DNA from: an uncultured virus (IMG/VR IMGVR_UViG_2687453178_000004) | Taxonomy: Duplodnaviria; Heunggongvirae; Uroviricota; Caudoviricetes | DNA length: 64,000 nt | Reading direction: 5' to 3' (one strand) | Virus record (IMG/VR): IMGVR_UViG_2687453178_000004 | In this document: piece by piece, positions 29,349 to 39,666 of the stretch | How positions within the stretch are numbered: the stretch's first letter is position 1 | Layout: each line of letters opens with the position of its first letter | Position numbers and translations under genes: made by a program | Notes under the pieces: model-generated | Told to the model about the DNA's origin: nothing | Databases searched by the model: none | The model's input: the letters and a program-made list of their open reading frames with translations, nothing else

Positions 29349-30608
29349 AGAAGTGGACCCCAACGGTTGGACACATAAGCTCATTTCTTAAGTGGTTGAC
29401 CCAGCTCATGCTGCGTATCTTTGCCTACCGAAGTAGGCCTCATCAGGAGTGAGGTTATTGAGTCCTTGATGGTTACGCTCTTCATTATAAAACACCATGT
29501 AGTTGCCGATTTCAAGCTCGGCTTCACGGGGCGTGGTATAAGCCTTTAAGTAAACCTCCTCATATTTCAGGCTTCGCCATAATCGCTCAATGAAAACATT
29601 GTCAACCCAGCGGCCTTTCCCATCCATGCTTATACGTACGTTATGCTCAATTAACTTCTGTGTGAACTCTGTGCTGGTAAACTGGCTGCCTTGATCTGAG
29701 TTAAAGATATCAGGTGGCCCATAATGCTTCAGCGCTTCCTCAAGCGCTTCGATACAAAAACTCGTGTCCATGGTGTTGGATAGTCGCCAAGCCAGCACTT
29801 TGCGGCTATACCAGTCGATAATCGCAACGAGGTACAGGAACCCCTTCGCCATTGGGATATATGTGATATCAATCGCCCAAGCTTGGTTTGGGTAAGTGAC
29901 TTCGATATCACGCAACAGGTAGGGATACACCTTGTGTGCTTTGTTCGCCAGCGTCGTTTTGGGCTTGGGGTAAATCGCCCCAATCCCCATATCGCGCATG
30001 AGTCGAACAACACGCTTACGATTAACGCTATGGCCATTTTTAGCCAGCTCAGTTCGAATGCGCCGACTGCCCATAAACGGATACTGCAGATGAATTTCGT
30101 CAATCATTCGTCGTAACGTGATCTCCTCAGCAGAGAGTCCGATGGGTTGATAGTAAGCGGTAGAGCGAGCAATATTGAGCAGCTCACATTGGCGCTTTAT
30201 CGGCAATGGGGTGGATTTAACCAGCGAACTCTTTCGCTGGGCTCGGTCTAACGACCGAGCACTTTGGCCAAAAAATCATTTTCCATGGTCAATTGACCGA
30301 TCTTGGCGTGAAGTTTGTCCACTTCTTCGGAACTCTCTTTTCCTGAGTGATTTTCGGTGGCAAAAATCATGGCTGCGTTTTCAAGCAGCTCCTTTTTCCA
30401 TGTTGAGATCTGGTTAGCGTGCAGGTTATATTTCTGAGCTAGCTCAGCGACGGTTTTATCGCCTTTAGCGGCATCGAGAGCCACCTTAGCTTTAAACTCA
30501 GGAGAGTGGTTTCTACGTTTTCTAGTCATAATCTGTCCCTGTATTGTTGGGTACTATCAAAACAGATCGACCACTTAAAGTCATGTCCGAAAATTGGGGG
30601 CCACTTCT
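29349..30608 (-). mobile_element. IS3-family element, copy 2 (orfA 30248-30529, orfB ending at 29406)
   Basis: Same ORF translations and ends as copy 1. Confidence 0.95.
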
Positions 30609-31281
30609 TTATTGAACCACGCTGAGCACGCGGATGCCGTGACAGGGAGTATCCTTCCTCATCAAACGAATCATCGTTAGTCTCCGTGGGTTGGGGAAAC
30701 GTTCATATCATTTCTCCTTGAATAAAGTTCTTCAAATTATCTTGCAACGGGAGACCAGCTAGAAGTCAGCTCGCTTTCGCGCCAGATAACAACCTGTATC
30801 CGCATCATTACAACACGGCTTTCGCTTTTTCTAGCCTCCTTTACCTGCACCACTATCGGCGGTCTTTGCAGACCGCTTTCCCAAAGGGAGAAGTACAGGC
30901 TTACCCTGTTCCGTATGTCGCGCAACGTCGGGTTAGATGCCCACTATAATGCGGAGAGCGTCTTGATCACGAAAGAGCACTGTCCAATCTCTTTCCTACT
31001 CTCATGCCTTTTGGCCACAGCGTATTAACCACTTCCGCTGATCCACGTATAACGCATCTTAAATGGATTCACTTACGTTCATCATACCAACACCCTAGCA
31101 CTCACCCAATTGTGGTTATCAGGAGGAACGTCCTCTCACGAATTCATTCCCGCTCAGCAAAGGCTGAACTTCGTTACATTGTCGGGTTCGCTGCTTTATT
31201 CAGAACCCTAGGGTCATCTGGTGATACAGATGGTTCACACTTGTTGCGGTGAACAGCACTTCATACGACTTCAGGTCGCAC
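30609..31281 (-). mobile_element. 5' fragment of a group II intron, truncated by IS; no RT ORF or domain V seen
   Basis: Begins GTGCGACCTGAAGTCG at 31281; contains GAACGTAAGTGAA and GGAACAGGGTAAGCCTG segments typical of domain I; non-coding and higher in GC than its neighbours. Confidence 0.7.
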
Positions 31282-31646
31282 GGACAAAAGTGTGTCATCG
31301 CTTTTGCTAAATTAGCAAATTACGGATTAGGTAAAATTGGGGGGCGTTGCCCCCGCCTCCGTTCTGTTATCAAACTCCTTTACAGCCCTTTTCTAGAAGG
31401 ACTTTAACTAATGACACCAAGGAGTACAGCAATGGCTATTGACGCACTGAGGGGCAAAGAAGCCCATAATAAACTTTTCCACATCAATCAAAAAGTCAGA
31501 TGTGGAATAGTTTAAGTTAAGTTGGATCATCTCAGCTATATAATATAATTAATACAAAAACGTCTAAAGCGTTGCTGCCATTAATCCCCAACAACTATAC
31601 CCTTCAGTGTTCGCTTTATTTCCGCACCAACATCTTTTACATAACC

Positions 31647-32555
31647 TTAGGGGTGACCATGTTCTTCATGCTCATCGCGACAAGTTTCTTGGGGAAACTC
31701 AAACTCAATGGTTGTATGAGATAAATTAAAGGAAGATAGCTTCATAGCCACTTGTTGTTTTAGCCCAATTAATTTATCGACTTCAAAATTATGGGCTAAC
31801 TCTAAGTGAGCTGTTAATACGTGACTTTCCCCGTCAAGTGACCAAAAATGAATATGATGGATACCGTTAACTTCAGGTAATTCGTTTAGTAATTGCTTTA
31901 TACTTTCTTGAGTCTCATCATCTGGAGCGGCTTGTAGAAATAAGACGAGTGTTGATTTCAGGTTTCTGAAAACATTAAATAAAATGAATAACGTGAAGCC
32001 AATCGATAGTAGAGGATCTAATATGGGTAACTCTACAAAAAGTAGCACGATAGAAACGATGAGTACGGTAACCCAACCGAGTACATCTTCAAGAAGGTGC
32101 CATGTCAGCACTTTTTCATTTAATGTTTCACCCGCTTTTAATTTAAATACCGCATATCCGTTAACGACAACACCGAGTATAGCTAGCCCTAACATCCCCT
32201 CGACCGCTGGCATTTCAGGGTTGGATAACCTTGGTATGGCTTCAAATAAAACCCAAATAGAACCAATGATTAAAACAATACTGTTTACTAATGCACCAAA
32301 CAGTGTAAGGCGACGATAACCATAGCTAAATCTATCTGACGATTCTTTATCTGAAAAACGACTTAAAATCCACGCAAAACCTATTGAAAGACTATCACCA
32401 AGATCGTGAACGGCATCTGCCATTATCGCCGTACTGTTTGTGAGCCATCCTCCAATAAACTCGATAATAGTGAATGTCACATTCAGAAAGAACGCCCAAC
32501 CAATGCGGTTGTCTTTTCCATGAGTGTGGGTATGACTGTGGTTATGGCTGTGCAT
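31647..32555 (-). CDS. czcD: Cation diffusion facilitator (CzcD/ZitB-like Zn/Co/Cd efflux)
   Basis: His-rich N-terminus; ADAVHDLGD, FSYGYRR, HLLEDVLGW and HTTIEFE motifs. Confidence 0.9.
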   Translation of the reverse strand: MHSHNHSHTHTHGKDNRIGWAFFLNVTFTIIEFIGGWLTNSTAIMADAVHDLGDSLSIGFAWILSRFSDKESSDRFSYGYRRLTLFGALVNSIVLIIGSIWVLFEAIPRLSNPEMPAVEGMLGLAILGVVVNGYAVFKLKAGETLNEKVLTWHLLEDVLGWVTVLIVSIVLLFVELPILDPLLSIGFTLFILFNVFRNLKSTLVLFLQAAPDDETQESIKQLLNELPEVNGIHHIHFWSLDGESHVLTAHLELAHNFEVDKLIGLKQQVAMKLSSFNLSHTTIEFEFPQETCRDEHEEHGHP

Positions 32556-32773
32556 TTTGTACCTCCGGCACTTTAAAGTTTCTTAGATTGGTTACGTTAA
32601 AATTGATCAGGTGACGGATCACTCGTTGATACATCCAACGTTTAATTCCCGACAAGTTAGTCCCTTTTTCGCGATAGAACTCATCTGGAGAGTCATAAAG
32701 TCCAAAATCATCATTAATGCCTTCTTTTTGTATATAAGTATCGGTTCCACGCCAATCTGTATCAGGTGAAGAG
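32542..32773 (-). pseudogene. C-terminal remnant of an upstream gene (possibly transglutaminase-like), cut by IS copy 3
   Basis: Open frame runs into the IS end and overlaps the czcD start. Confidence 0.5.
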
Positions 32774-34033
32774 AGAAGTGGACCCCAACGGTTGGACACA
32801 TAAGCTCATTTCTTAAGTGGTTGACCCAGCTCATGCTGCGTATCTTTGCCTACCGAAGTAGGCCTCATCAGGAGTGAGGTTATTGAGTCCTTGATGGTTA
32901 CGCTCTTCATTATAAAACACCATGTAGTTGCCGATTTCAAGCTCGGCTTCACGGGGCGTGGTATAAGCCTTTAAGTAAACCTCCTCATATTTCAGGCTTC
33001 GCCATAATCGCTCAATGAAAACATTGTCAACCCAGCGGCCTTTCCCATCCATGCTTATACGTACGTTATGCTCAATTAACTTCTGTGTGAACTCTGTGCT
33101 GGTAAACTGGCTGCCTTGATCTGAGTTAAAGATATCAGGTGGCCCATAATGCTTCAGCGCTTCCTCAAGCGCTTCGATACAAAAACTCGTGTCCATGGTG
33201 TTGGATAGTCGCCAAGCCAGCACTTTGCGGCTATACCAGTCGATAATCGCAACGAGGTACAGGAACCCCTTCGCCATTGGGATATATGTGATATCAATCG
33301 CCCAAGCTTGGTTTGGGTAAGTGACTTCGATATCACGCAACAGGTAGGGATACACCTTGTGTGCTTTGTTCGCCAGCGTCGTTTTGGGCTTGGGGTAAAT
33401 CGCCCCAATCCCCATATCGCGCATGAGTCGAACAACACGCTTACGATTAACGCTATGGCCATTTTTAGCCAGCTCAGTTCGAATGCGCCGACTGCCCATA
33501 AACGGATACTGCAGATGAATTTCGTCAATCATTCGTCGTAACGTGATCTCCTCAGCAGAGAGTCCGATGGGTTGATAGTAAGCGGTAGAGCGAGCAATAT
33601 TGAGCAGCTCACATTGGCGCTTTATCGGCAATGGGGTGGATTTAACCAGCGAACTCTTTCGCTGGGCTCGGTCTAACGACCGAGCACTTTGGCCAAAAAA
33701 TCATTTTCCATGGTCAATTGACCGATCTTGGCGTGAAGTTTGTCCACTTCTTCGGAACTCTCTTTTCCTGAGTGATTTTCGGTGGCAAAAATCATGGCTG
33801 CGTTTTCAAGCAGCTCCTTTTTCCATGTTGAGATCTGGTTAGCGTGCAGGTTATATTTCTGAGCTAGCTCAGCGACGGTTTTATCGCCTTTAGCGGCATC
33901 GAGAGCCACCTTAGCTTTAAACTCAGGAGAGTGGTTTCTACGTTTTCTAGTCATAATCTGTCCCTGTATTGTTGGGTACTATCAAAACAGATCGACCACT
34001 TAAAGTCATGTCCGAAAATTGGGGGCCACTTCT
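32774..34033 (-). mobile_element. IS3-family element, copy 3 (orfA 33673-33954, orfB ending at 32831)
   Basis: Same ORF translations and ends as copies 1 and 2. Confidence 0.95.
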
Positions 34034-36086
34034 TACTTCGTGAACTAAGATACTTGAACCAGTAGCATTGCCTTTAGGTTGGATAATAAAAGAAGTTAAA
34101 CCTGTAAAATCAGCAGTAAATTCATTAACCCCTTCATAGAGTCTTTGAGATACATATGCACTAGACCCAAGTTTATACTGCCATACAGGAGCAGCACCGC
34201 CTTTAAGATCACTAATAACAATACGTATTTTATTCACACCTGCGCGAGGCCCGAAACCTTGAGGGAATAATTGACCATTAACAGAACCGTTAGTAGTAAG
34301 ACGTAAAGCACCATTCTCCATAACCATAGTTGCTGAGTTACTTACACCCCAGCTAACAGTATTATCACGGAAGTCACCATTCTTAATTTGACCCTCAAAA
34401 GCTCTACCAACTGCTTCATTAACATCAGCAGCAACATTCCCATACTTAGGATCTACATCCTTAGTTAGGTCTAGGGTAGCTTTGCCTGAACCACGACAAT
34501 TACCAGTGGAGTCATAAACAACTGTACCGTTAGGAGCTTCAGGGAATTTGATAGCAAAACTATTAGCACCCTGTGCTGTAGTTACACCTAACAATTTAGA
34601 AATAAAACCAGCAATGTGAGTAACAGGAAAATCTGTTTTACTTGAACCACGTTTATTACCGCCAAGCTCACCCATCAAAAGCTGACCTGCTTGTGAGTAA
34701 AATTCTGCACCATCATTGGTAAACATACCTTCATTAATGGGAGTGAATGAAGCTGTATCAGCTACGTGCTTACCATAATGAACAAAACCACTAGCCGCAA
34801 ACTGTTCACTAGCTAGCATTCGTGCAGCTTTCATGTTTGCTTCGCTTTGGCAATAGATTTGCCAACCAACATAACTACCGGATTTAATCTCTTCCGCTAC
34901 TTGCTTTGTTTCATTCGCTAAGGCTTCAGTTTGCGTTTTCAGGGCTTGAGAATCAGTCTTGCTTTGTGCTGCGCTTGTAGCTGAAGCAGCCGCTTGAGTA
35001 GCCTTTTGTGTTGCCGTTGATGCTGCTTGTTCGGCGCTCTGTTTTAGTGAAGTCATTTCACTAATTGCTGCGGTTGATTGCTGCGAAATGGCTGCTTTTT
35101 CTGTGGTAGCTAGATCCGTGATTTCGGTTTTGCTTGCACTAACTAAGGTGTTAATTGCACCCTTGCTCGTATCGGTAAGTGACGTAATGCTATTAGTGCC
35201 ACCAGCAACTAGCTCTGAAATTTCACTCTTACTCGTTGTAGTAAGAGTTGTAATATCTTTTTTGCTCTGAGTGGCAAGCGCAGTGATCTCCTGCTTGCTA
35301 GTGCTCGTTAAAGCTGTGATTTCACCCTTAACGGTAGTCGCTTGCGTATCAATAGCCTCACTAATAGCAGTAGCCTTAGCATCAATTTCAGTTTTTGATG
35401 TACTTACAAACTGCTCAATATCTGTTTTGGTTTGCTGAACTTGAGAGGCTTTTAAATCCACATCGCTTTTTGCTTTGTTCACTAAAGCCAACGTGTCCGC
35501 AGCATCAGCCGCATAGCTCTTCGCTGAATACTTGCCTGGTTCAACTTCGACACCTTGCGCAGCATTAGAGTATTGACGAACAAGATCTAGAGCTGCCTGT
35601 GTATTAGCTAGATCATTTTTAATACTTTCAGACTGAGCGATCAGATTTGTGATATCTGACACCAGTGTTTGAAGTGGCACAACCTCAATAGTTGAGCCGT
35701 CATCGGTGTGAATAAAAACTTTGTCAGCCGTTGATGTGTAATAACCTCGAAGGTCATCAAGCAACACTTGTTTTGAGTTGATAGCCGCCGCGACCATTGC
35801 GGCCACACGAGTTGCAATAGTTACTGAAGTATTTCGAATGATCGCATACTCACCATTTGCTGGCGGAACGCCAGTAAATGGTCTGAACAGTGACAAATGT
35901 TCGTTATCGGTGATCGATTCGACCTCATAAATACTGCCAGCTATGAACATGATATCGCCAGCTAGCGGTTTATTTCCGGCATCAACCCATAACGTACCAA
36001 CGCCTACAACCTCTTTTGAGCCGTCGGTTACAGTTACCGTACCTCTTCGATACCAGCTACTACTCATTGTGCTCTACTCCAATTAA

Positions 36087-36758
36087 TTAGCGTGGTTGGT
36101 TTTTGATATCAGCGCTCTTTTGTTGAACGATGCTATCTGCTTGGCTCTTGTCGCCTAGCATTGTTCTAAAGGCGTTTAATGCTGTGGTTGCACGAGCGGC
36201 GTTAGCGGTAAACTCCGCATCCTCACTAAATGCGCGGTAGACAAGCCACTCAATGATCGCGTTGTCGTACATCGGGTTTAGTTCGCATTTGGTTTCAGAG
36301 TCGTAATCGCTTTCAGTTATTGGCGTAGGCACTTTTGCAAATACGCACTCAATGGTTGTTCCAGAAACAACCGGAGGATACATATAGAACGTGGTTGGAT
36401 TTCGGTCATCGTAAAGCCATGCCTTAGCCGCGCTAGCAAGAGGCTCTGAACGCCATTCAGGGCGATAATCATCAAGCATCTTCAAATCCACATTGCCAGA
36501 AATGGCCGCGCCGCCTTTGTTTCGCAGAACATCAACAACAAAACGGGCACCTACTGGAATTGTCTGAGTTGAACCCTCAACACAAACAAAGTCCTCATTG
36601 GCCGTTAGCGCATCAGATCGAATTGCTAGGATTGCTCGAACTGCCGAGTTGAACGCATCAACCCAAAACGCTTTATCCCAACGGATCATGTTTTTATCGA
36701 CAACGAGACGAGCTGCCTCATCGATCAAGTGTTTGACCGGAGTGTTATTAGCAGACAT
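36087..36758 (-). CDS. Head-tail adaptor/tail tubular protein
   Basis: RW, LDDYRPEW, FYMYPP and WLVYRAFSEDAE motifs; position after the capsid genes. Confidence 0.65.
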   Translation of the reverse strand: MSANNTPVKHLIDEAARLVVDKNMIRWDKAFWVDAFNSAVRAILAIRSDALTANEDFVCVEGSTQTIPVGARFVVDVLRNKGGAAISGNVDLKMLDDYRPEWRSEPLASAAKAWLYDDRNPTTFYMYPPVVSGTTIECVFAKVPTPITESDYDSETKCELNPMYDNAIIEWLVYRAFSEDAEFTANAARATTALNAFRTMLGDKSQADSIVQQKSADIKNQPR

Positions 36759-36766
36759 ACACACCT

Positions 36767-37345
36767 CTAGTAGAAATTGTGCTTACGCACTTTGTTTTTG
36801 AATGAGTTGAAGTTGTCTTTGCTTAGTCGGTAAGCACGGCGATAACCCTCGATAAATTCACGCTCGTACATCAACGCGAGATCAGGGTTAAACCAATTTG
36901 TGCCAACCTGTAGTCGGAGTCGGTAAGCAGCGCCAGCCGCTAGAGCCTCGCCGTAGTTTTCAACTAGGTATGAATTAAGGTTGTTCTCATCGAAATTTAG
37001 CTTTGGTTTTAGTACCGCCGTAACGGTCACCGCATCAAAGTCATTCGTGAATGTGAACTCGTTGGTTACAGGATCAAAAACGTAGTCGTCATTGACGTAA
37101 AGCGGAGAACCGCAATTACTCACTACGCTGTCAATTTTTAGAATTGCTGAATCGGTAGGAATGCCAGCAACCGGAATTTGCACACCAGACACAACGGCGG
37201 TCAATTTGACCTTTGTTTTTAGGAACTCTGATTTCTCGCAAAACTCGCGGTAAGAGTCGCGCAAGGCGTCATCCATCATGATATCGACAACGCCAGCGCA
37301 ACGCTGGCGCACTAACCGATATAAATCAGATAGTGCGCTCACCAT
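36767..37345 (-). CDS. Adaptor-like virion protein
   Basis: ALRDSYREFCEKS and LAAGAAYRL..WFNP motifs; synteny. Confidence 0.6.
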   Translation of the reverse strand: MVSALSDLYRLVRQRCAGVVDIMMDDALRDSYREFCEKSEFLKTKVKLTAVVSGVQIPVAGIPTDSAILKIDSVVSNCGSPLYVNDDYVFDPVTNEFTFTNDFDAVTVTAVLKPKLNFDENNLNSYLVENYGEALAAGAAYRLRLQVGTNWFNPDLALMYEREFIEGYRRAYRLSKDNFNSFKNKVRKHNFY

Positions 37346-37809
37346 TAAGCCTCTGGAATACCGTGTTTAGCGTGTAGCTTGTCACGCACTGCCATGCGTA
37401 GAGCTGACGCATGTGTTTCGCCTTCTGGAACTTCCAACGCTAGCGGATCAATTGGAAGCTCTTCTGCTAGGATAACGGTTTCAAGTTTCGCCTTGGTGTA
37501 TTTGGAAATGTTGACGACTTCACCATCAACCATAACTAGCCAAGTGTTTGCTTTGTCTTCTTCAGCTTTTAGTTGCGCCGCTCGTTCCGCTAGTTGCTGA
37601 CGCTTTTGCTCTTCAGCTTGTAGGCTCTCGATTAGAGACTGAGCACTTTCAGGAGTAGCAAAACAAGATTTGATTTGCAGTAATCGGTGCGCCACTTGTT
37701 CCGGTACGCTGGTTGGTTCGCCACGGTTAAAGTAGTAGTCGCGGCCAAGCGTGTTTACTTTTTTAATTGGTTTTTCACCGATCCAAACAATTTTCTTTTC
37801 TGCTGTCAT
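37345..37809 (-). CDS. Phage structural-region protein
   Basis: Start MTAEKK after AAGGG; 154 aa; synteny. Confidence 0.6.
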   Translation of the reverse strand: MTAEKKIVWIGEKPIKKVNTLGRDYYFNRGEPTSVPEQVAHRLLQIKSCFATPESAQSLIESLQAEEQKRQQLAERAAQLKAEEDKANTWLVMVDGEVVNISKYTKAKLETVILAEELPIDPLALEVPEGETHASALRMAVRDKLHAKHGIPEA

Positions 37810-37922
37810 AGTCAATACCCTTATGTGTATTCGATGTGTTGAGCTGCGGCCATTGCCACGGAACATATAAAAAAGGCCAGCCAATTATCTGACTGGCCTG
37901 TTTTTCAACAGAGTGGACTATC

Positions 37923-38369
37923 TTAGATAGTGCCGACTGAAGTGGTGTAAATCGCTAGACGGATCTTGTCTGCTGGAACTTTGGCACCTGCGAAAGTAAG
38001 AACTAGACACTTATCTTTTTCAGCAACATCTTCTGACGGGAAGTAACCAGCCGCATCCGAAGACAATACGCCAGCCGGAACCGCTGTAGCCGTGCCGATC
38101 ACATCTTCTAACTTGGTGCCAACTTGAGGCTCGTGAATACCATCACCTAACAAGGCTTCGTTCAGAGTAGCCTTAGCAGTTAAGCTTGCTACTGCTTCGC
38201 CGTTGGTAAGGATCTTCACTTCCACCAGCTTCACGCCAGCCTCTAGGCTTGCCGCGATAACTGAATCATTGATTTCTGCCGCTGGAACTTCAGCGAACAT
38301 CACTGAAAGGTTACCGTGAGTACCGTTATAGACGTTTTGCTTAACGGCTGGTGATACTTTAACTGCCAT
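37923..38369 (-). CDS. Putative capsid decoration protein
   Basis: Directly after the capsid gene; GTHGNLSV motif; AAGGAG RBS. Confidence 0.6.
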   Translation of the reverse strand: MAVKVSPAVKQNVYNGTHGNLSVMFAEVPAAEINDSVIAASLEAGVKLVEVKILTNGEAVASLTAKATLNEALLGDGIHEPQVGTKLEDVIGTATAVPAGVLSSDAAGYFPSEDVAEKDKCLVLTFAGAKVPADKIRLAIYTTSVGTI

Positions 38370-38428
38370 TGCAATTCTCCTTTGATTCCGATGAATAAAG
38401 GCTGGCTAGATAGCCAGCCAGTCACTTA

Positions 38429-39652
38429 TTACTTAGATAAACCGCCAACGGCTGTATCTAGCACCATTACGCCGTAGTCATTGATTCGGCCATTCTTCTC
38501 TTGGAAGCGAACTTTCTTAACGCCGCTCATCCAAGCGATAGACGTTTCACGACCGTTGCCGTGGTCAACCTTCTCGGTGTGCATAGAGAACTGAGCACCG
38601 CTTGAAGATTTACCGTAAGCCACTGCTAGCGCTTGGCCGCCAAGTAGGATTGCGCGGTCAATTACGGTAGTTGCTTCAACTTCAGTTTCAGTACCGTTGC
38701 CGCTTGCTGCGCCAACTTTCACTTTAGAGCCAGCATTGAAACGTACTGGTTTGCGGTATTGACGAACCAAGATGTTGCGCCACATTAGGCGGTCACCTTG
38801 GAATAGTGGATGCTTAAAGCCTTGCGAACGGTTAACCGCGTTCGCGATCAGCTCTTGCACTTTGCCAGCGCCTTGAACGTCAGCCCATAAGTCAGCCCAT
38901 TGGCGTGGAGTAACAAATAGGACGTAGAAAGGCGATTCACCGTAAAGCTCATCTGCTTCGAAGCGGATAGGCTTGATTGGATGTGCCATTTCTTCTAGGT
39001 AAAGCGCAATTTCATCGATCTTCGCTAGGGTTAGCGTGTCGGCTGCCACGATTTCCGCAATACCTGTTGCGTCACCACCGAAGAAGTGACGATCCGCTGT
39101 AGGAGCGGTAACAGGGTTAACCATGATTTCACCAAACATTGGATGATCCGCAGTTGGAACAATCATATCGGAAGGCATGAAGTCACCACGCGCACCAGCT
39201 ACGTGATACGTTGCGATTTCATCTTGCAGATCGTTGAAGTAGTTACCAAGCATTGTACGAGCTACTTGAAGTAGGTTTTGCTTGGTGCGTTGTTGAGCCA
39301 TCTTACCGCCTGAATCGACGTTATGACGACCTTGGTTAATGACTAATTCAAACTCAACTTTTGATAGAGACTCGCCACGACCTCCGATTTTTTTATCGCC
39401 CATCGTTGGCATACCGCCCAAGTTGTGGAACAAATCCATTTCAACTGTGTCACCAGCCTGTTTTGTAAGGTCGGTGATCATTACAACTGGCGCACCAGCT
39501 TCAGTTTGAGTTTTGTTTCGGTTGCGGTCTGCTGGCACTGCCTTTGGAGCTTTACCAGTTAGCATGTTTACAAAAGTGTTTTGGCGGCGCGTATGAGTAA
39601 ACAGCGCGGCACCAAACGCTTTAGCAGCTTGAGCTTTAGTGATAGTAGTCAT
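38429..39652 (-). CDS. Major capsid protein (N4-gp56/DUF4043 type)
   Basis: DLTKQAGDTV, GGKMAQQRT, HPLFQG, DRAILLGGQALA and DYGVMVLDTAV motifs. Confidence 0.9.
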   Translation of the reverse strand: MTTITKAQAAKAFGAALFTHTRRQNTFVNMLTGKAPKAVPADRNRNKTQTEAGAPVVMITDLTKQAGDTVEMDLFHNLGGMPTMGDKKIGGRGESLSKVEFELVINQGRHNVDSGGKMAQQRTKQNLLQVARTMLGNYFNDLQDEIATYHVAGARGDFMPSDMIVPTADHPMFGEIMVNPVTAPTADRHFFGGDATGIAEIVAADTLTLAKIDEIALYLEEMAHPIKPIRFEADELYGESPFYVLFVTPRQWADLWADVQGAGKVQELIANAVNRSQGFKHPLFQGDRLMWRNILVRQYRKPVRFNAGSKVKVGAASGNGTETEVEATTVIDRAILLGGQALAVAYGKSSSGAQFSMHTEKVDHGNGRETSIAWMSGVKKVRFQEKNGRINDYGVMVLDTAVGGLSK

Positions 39653-39666
39653 TATGAAATCCTCGA

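Larger units (their letters stand above)
29349..34033 (-). mobile_element. Composite transposon IS3-[group II intron fragment, czcD-like gene, truncated ORF]-IS3
   Basis: Two directly oriented 1260-bp IS copies; TAC duplicated only at the outer flanks (29346-29348, 34034-34036). Confidence 0.9.
26955..36067 (-). pseudogene. Tail fibre gene (1474 aa when intact) split by a composite transposon
   Basis: N-terminus WYRRGTVTVTDGS; ...GSSILVHEV (to 34034) joins SVSLATEE (from 29345) in frame after removing 29349-34033 and one TAC. Confidence 0.88.

Noticed and set aside
26955..31281. Diversity-generating retroelement or invertible shufflon at the tail fibre
   Set aside because: No RT or invertase ORF and no TR/VR repeat pair seen; the intron fragment arrived as transposon cargo.
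31333..31346. AAAATTGGGGGCG resembling the IS3 terminal repeat
   Set aside because: Short match lacking the CCACTTCT terminus; probably chance.
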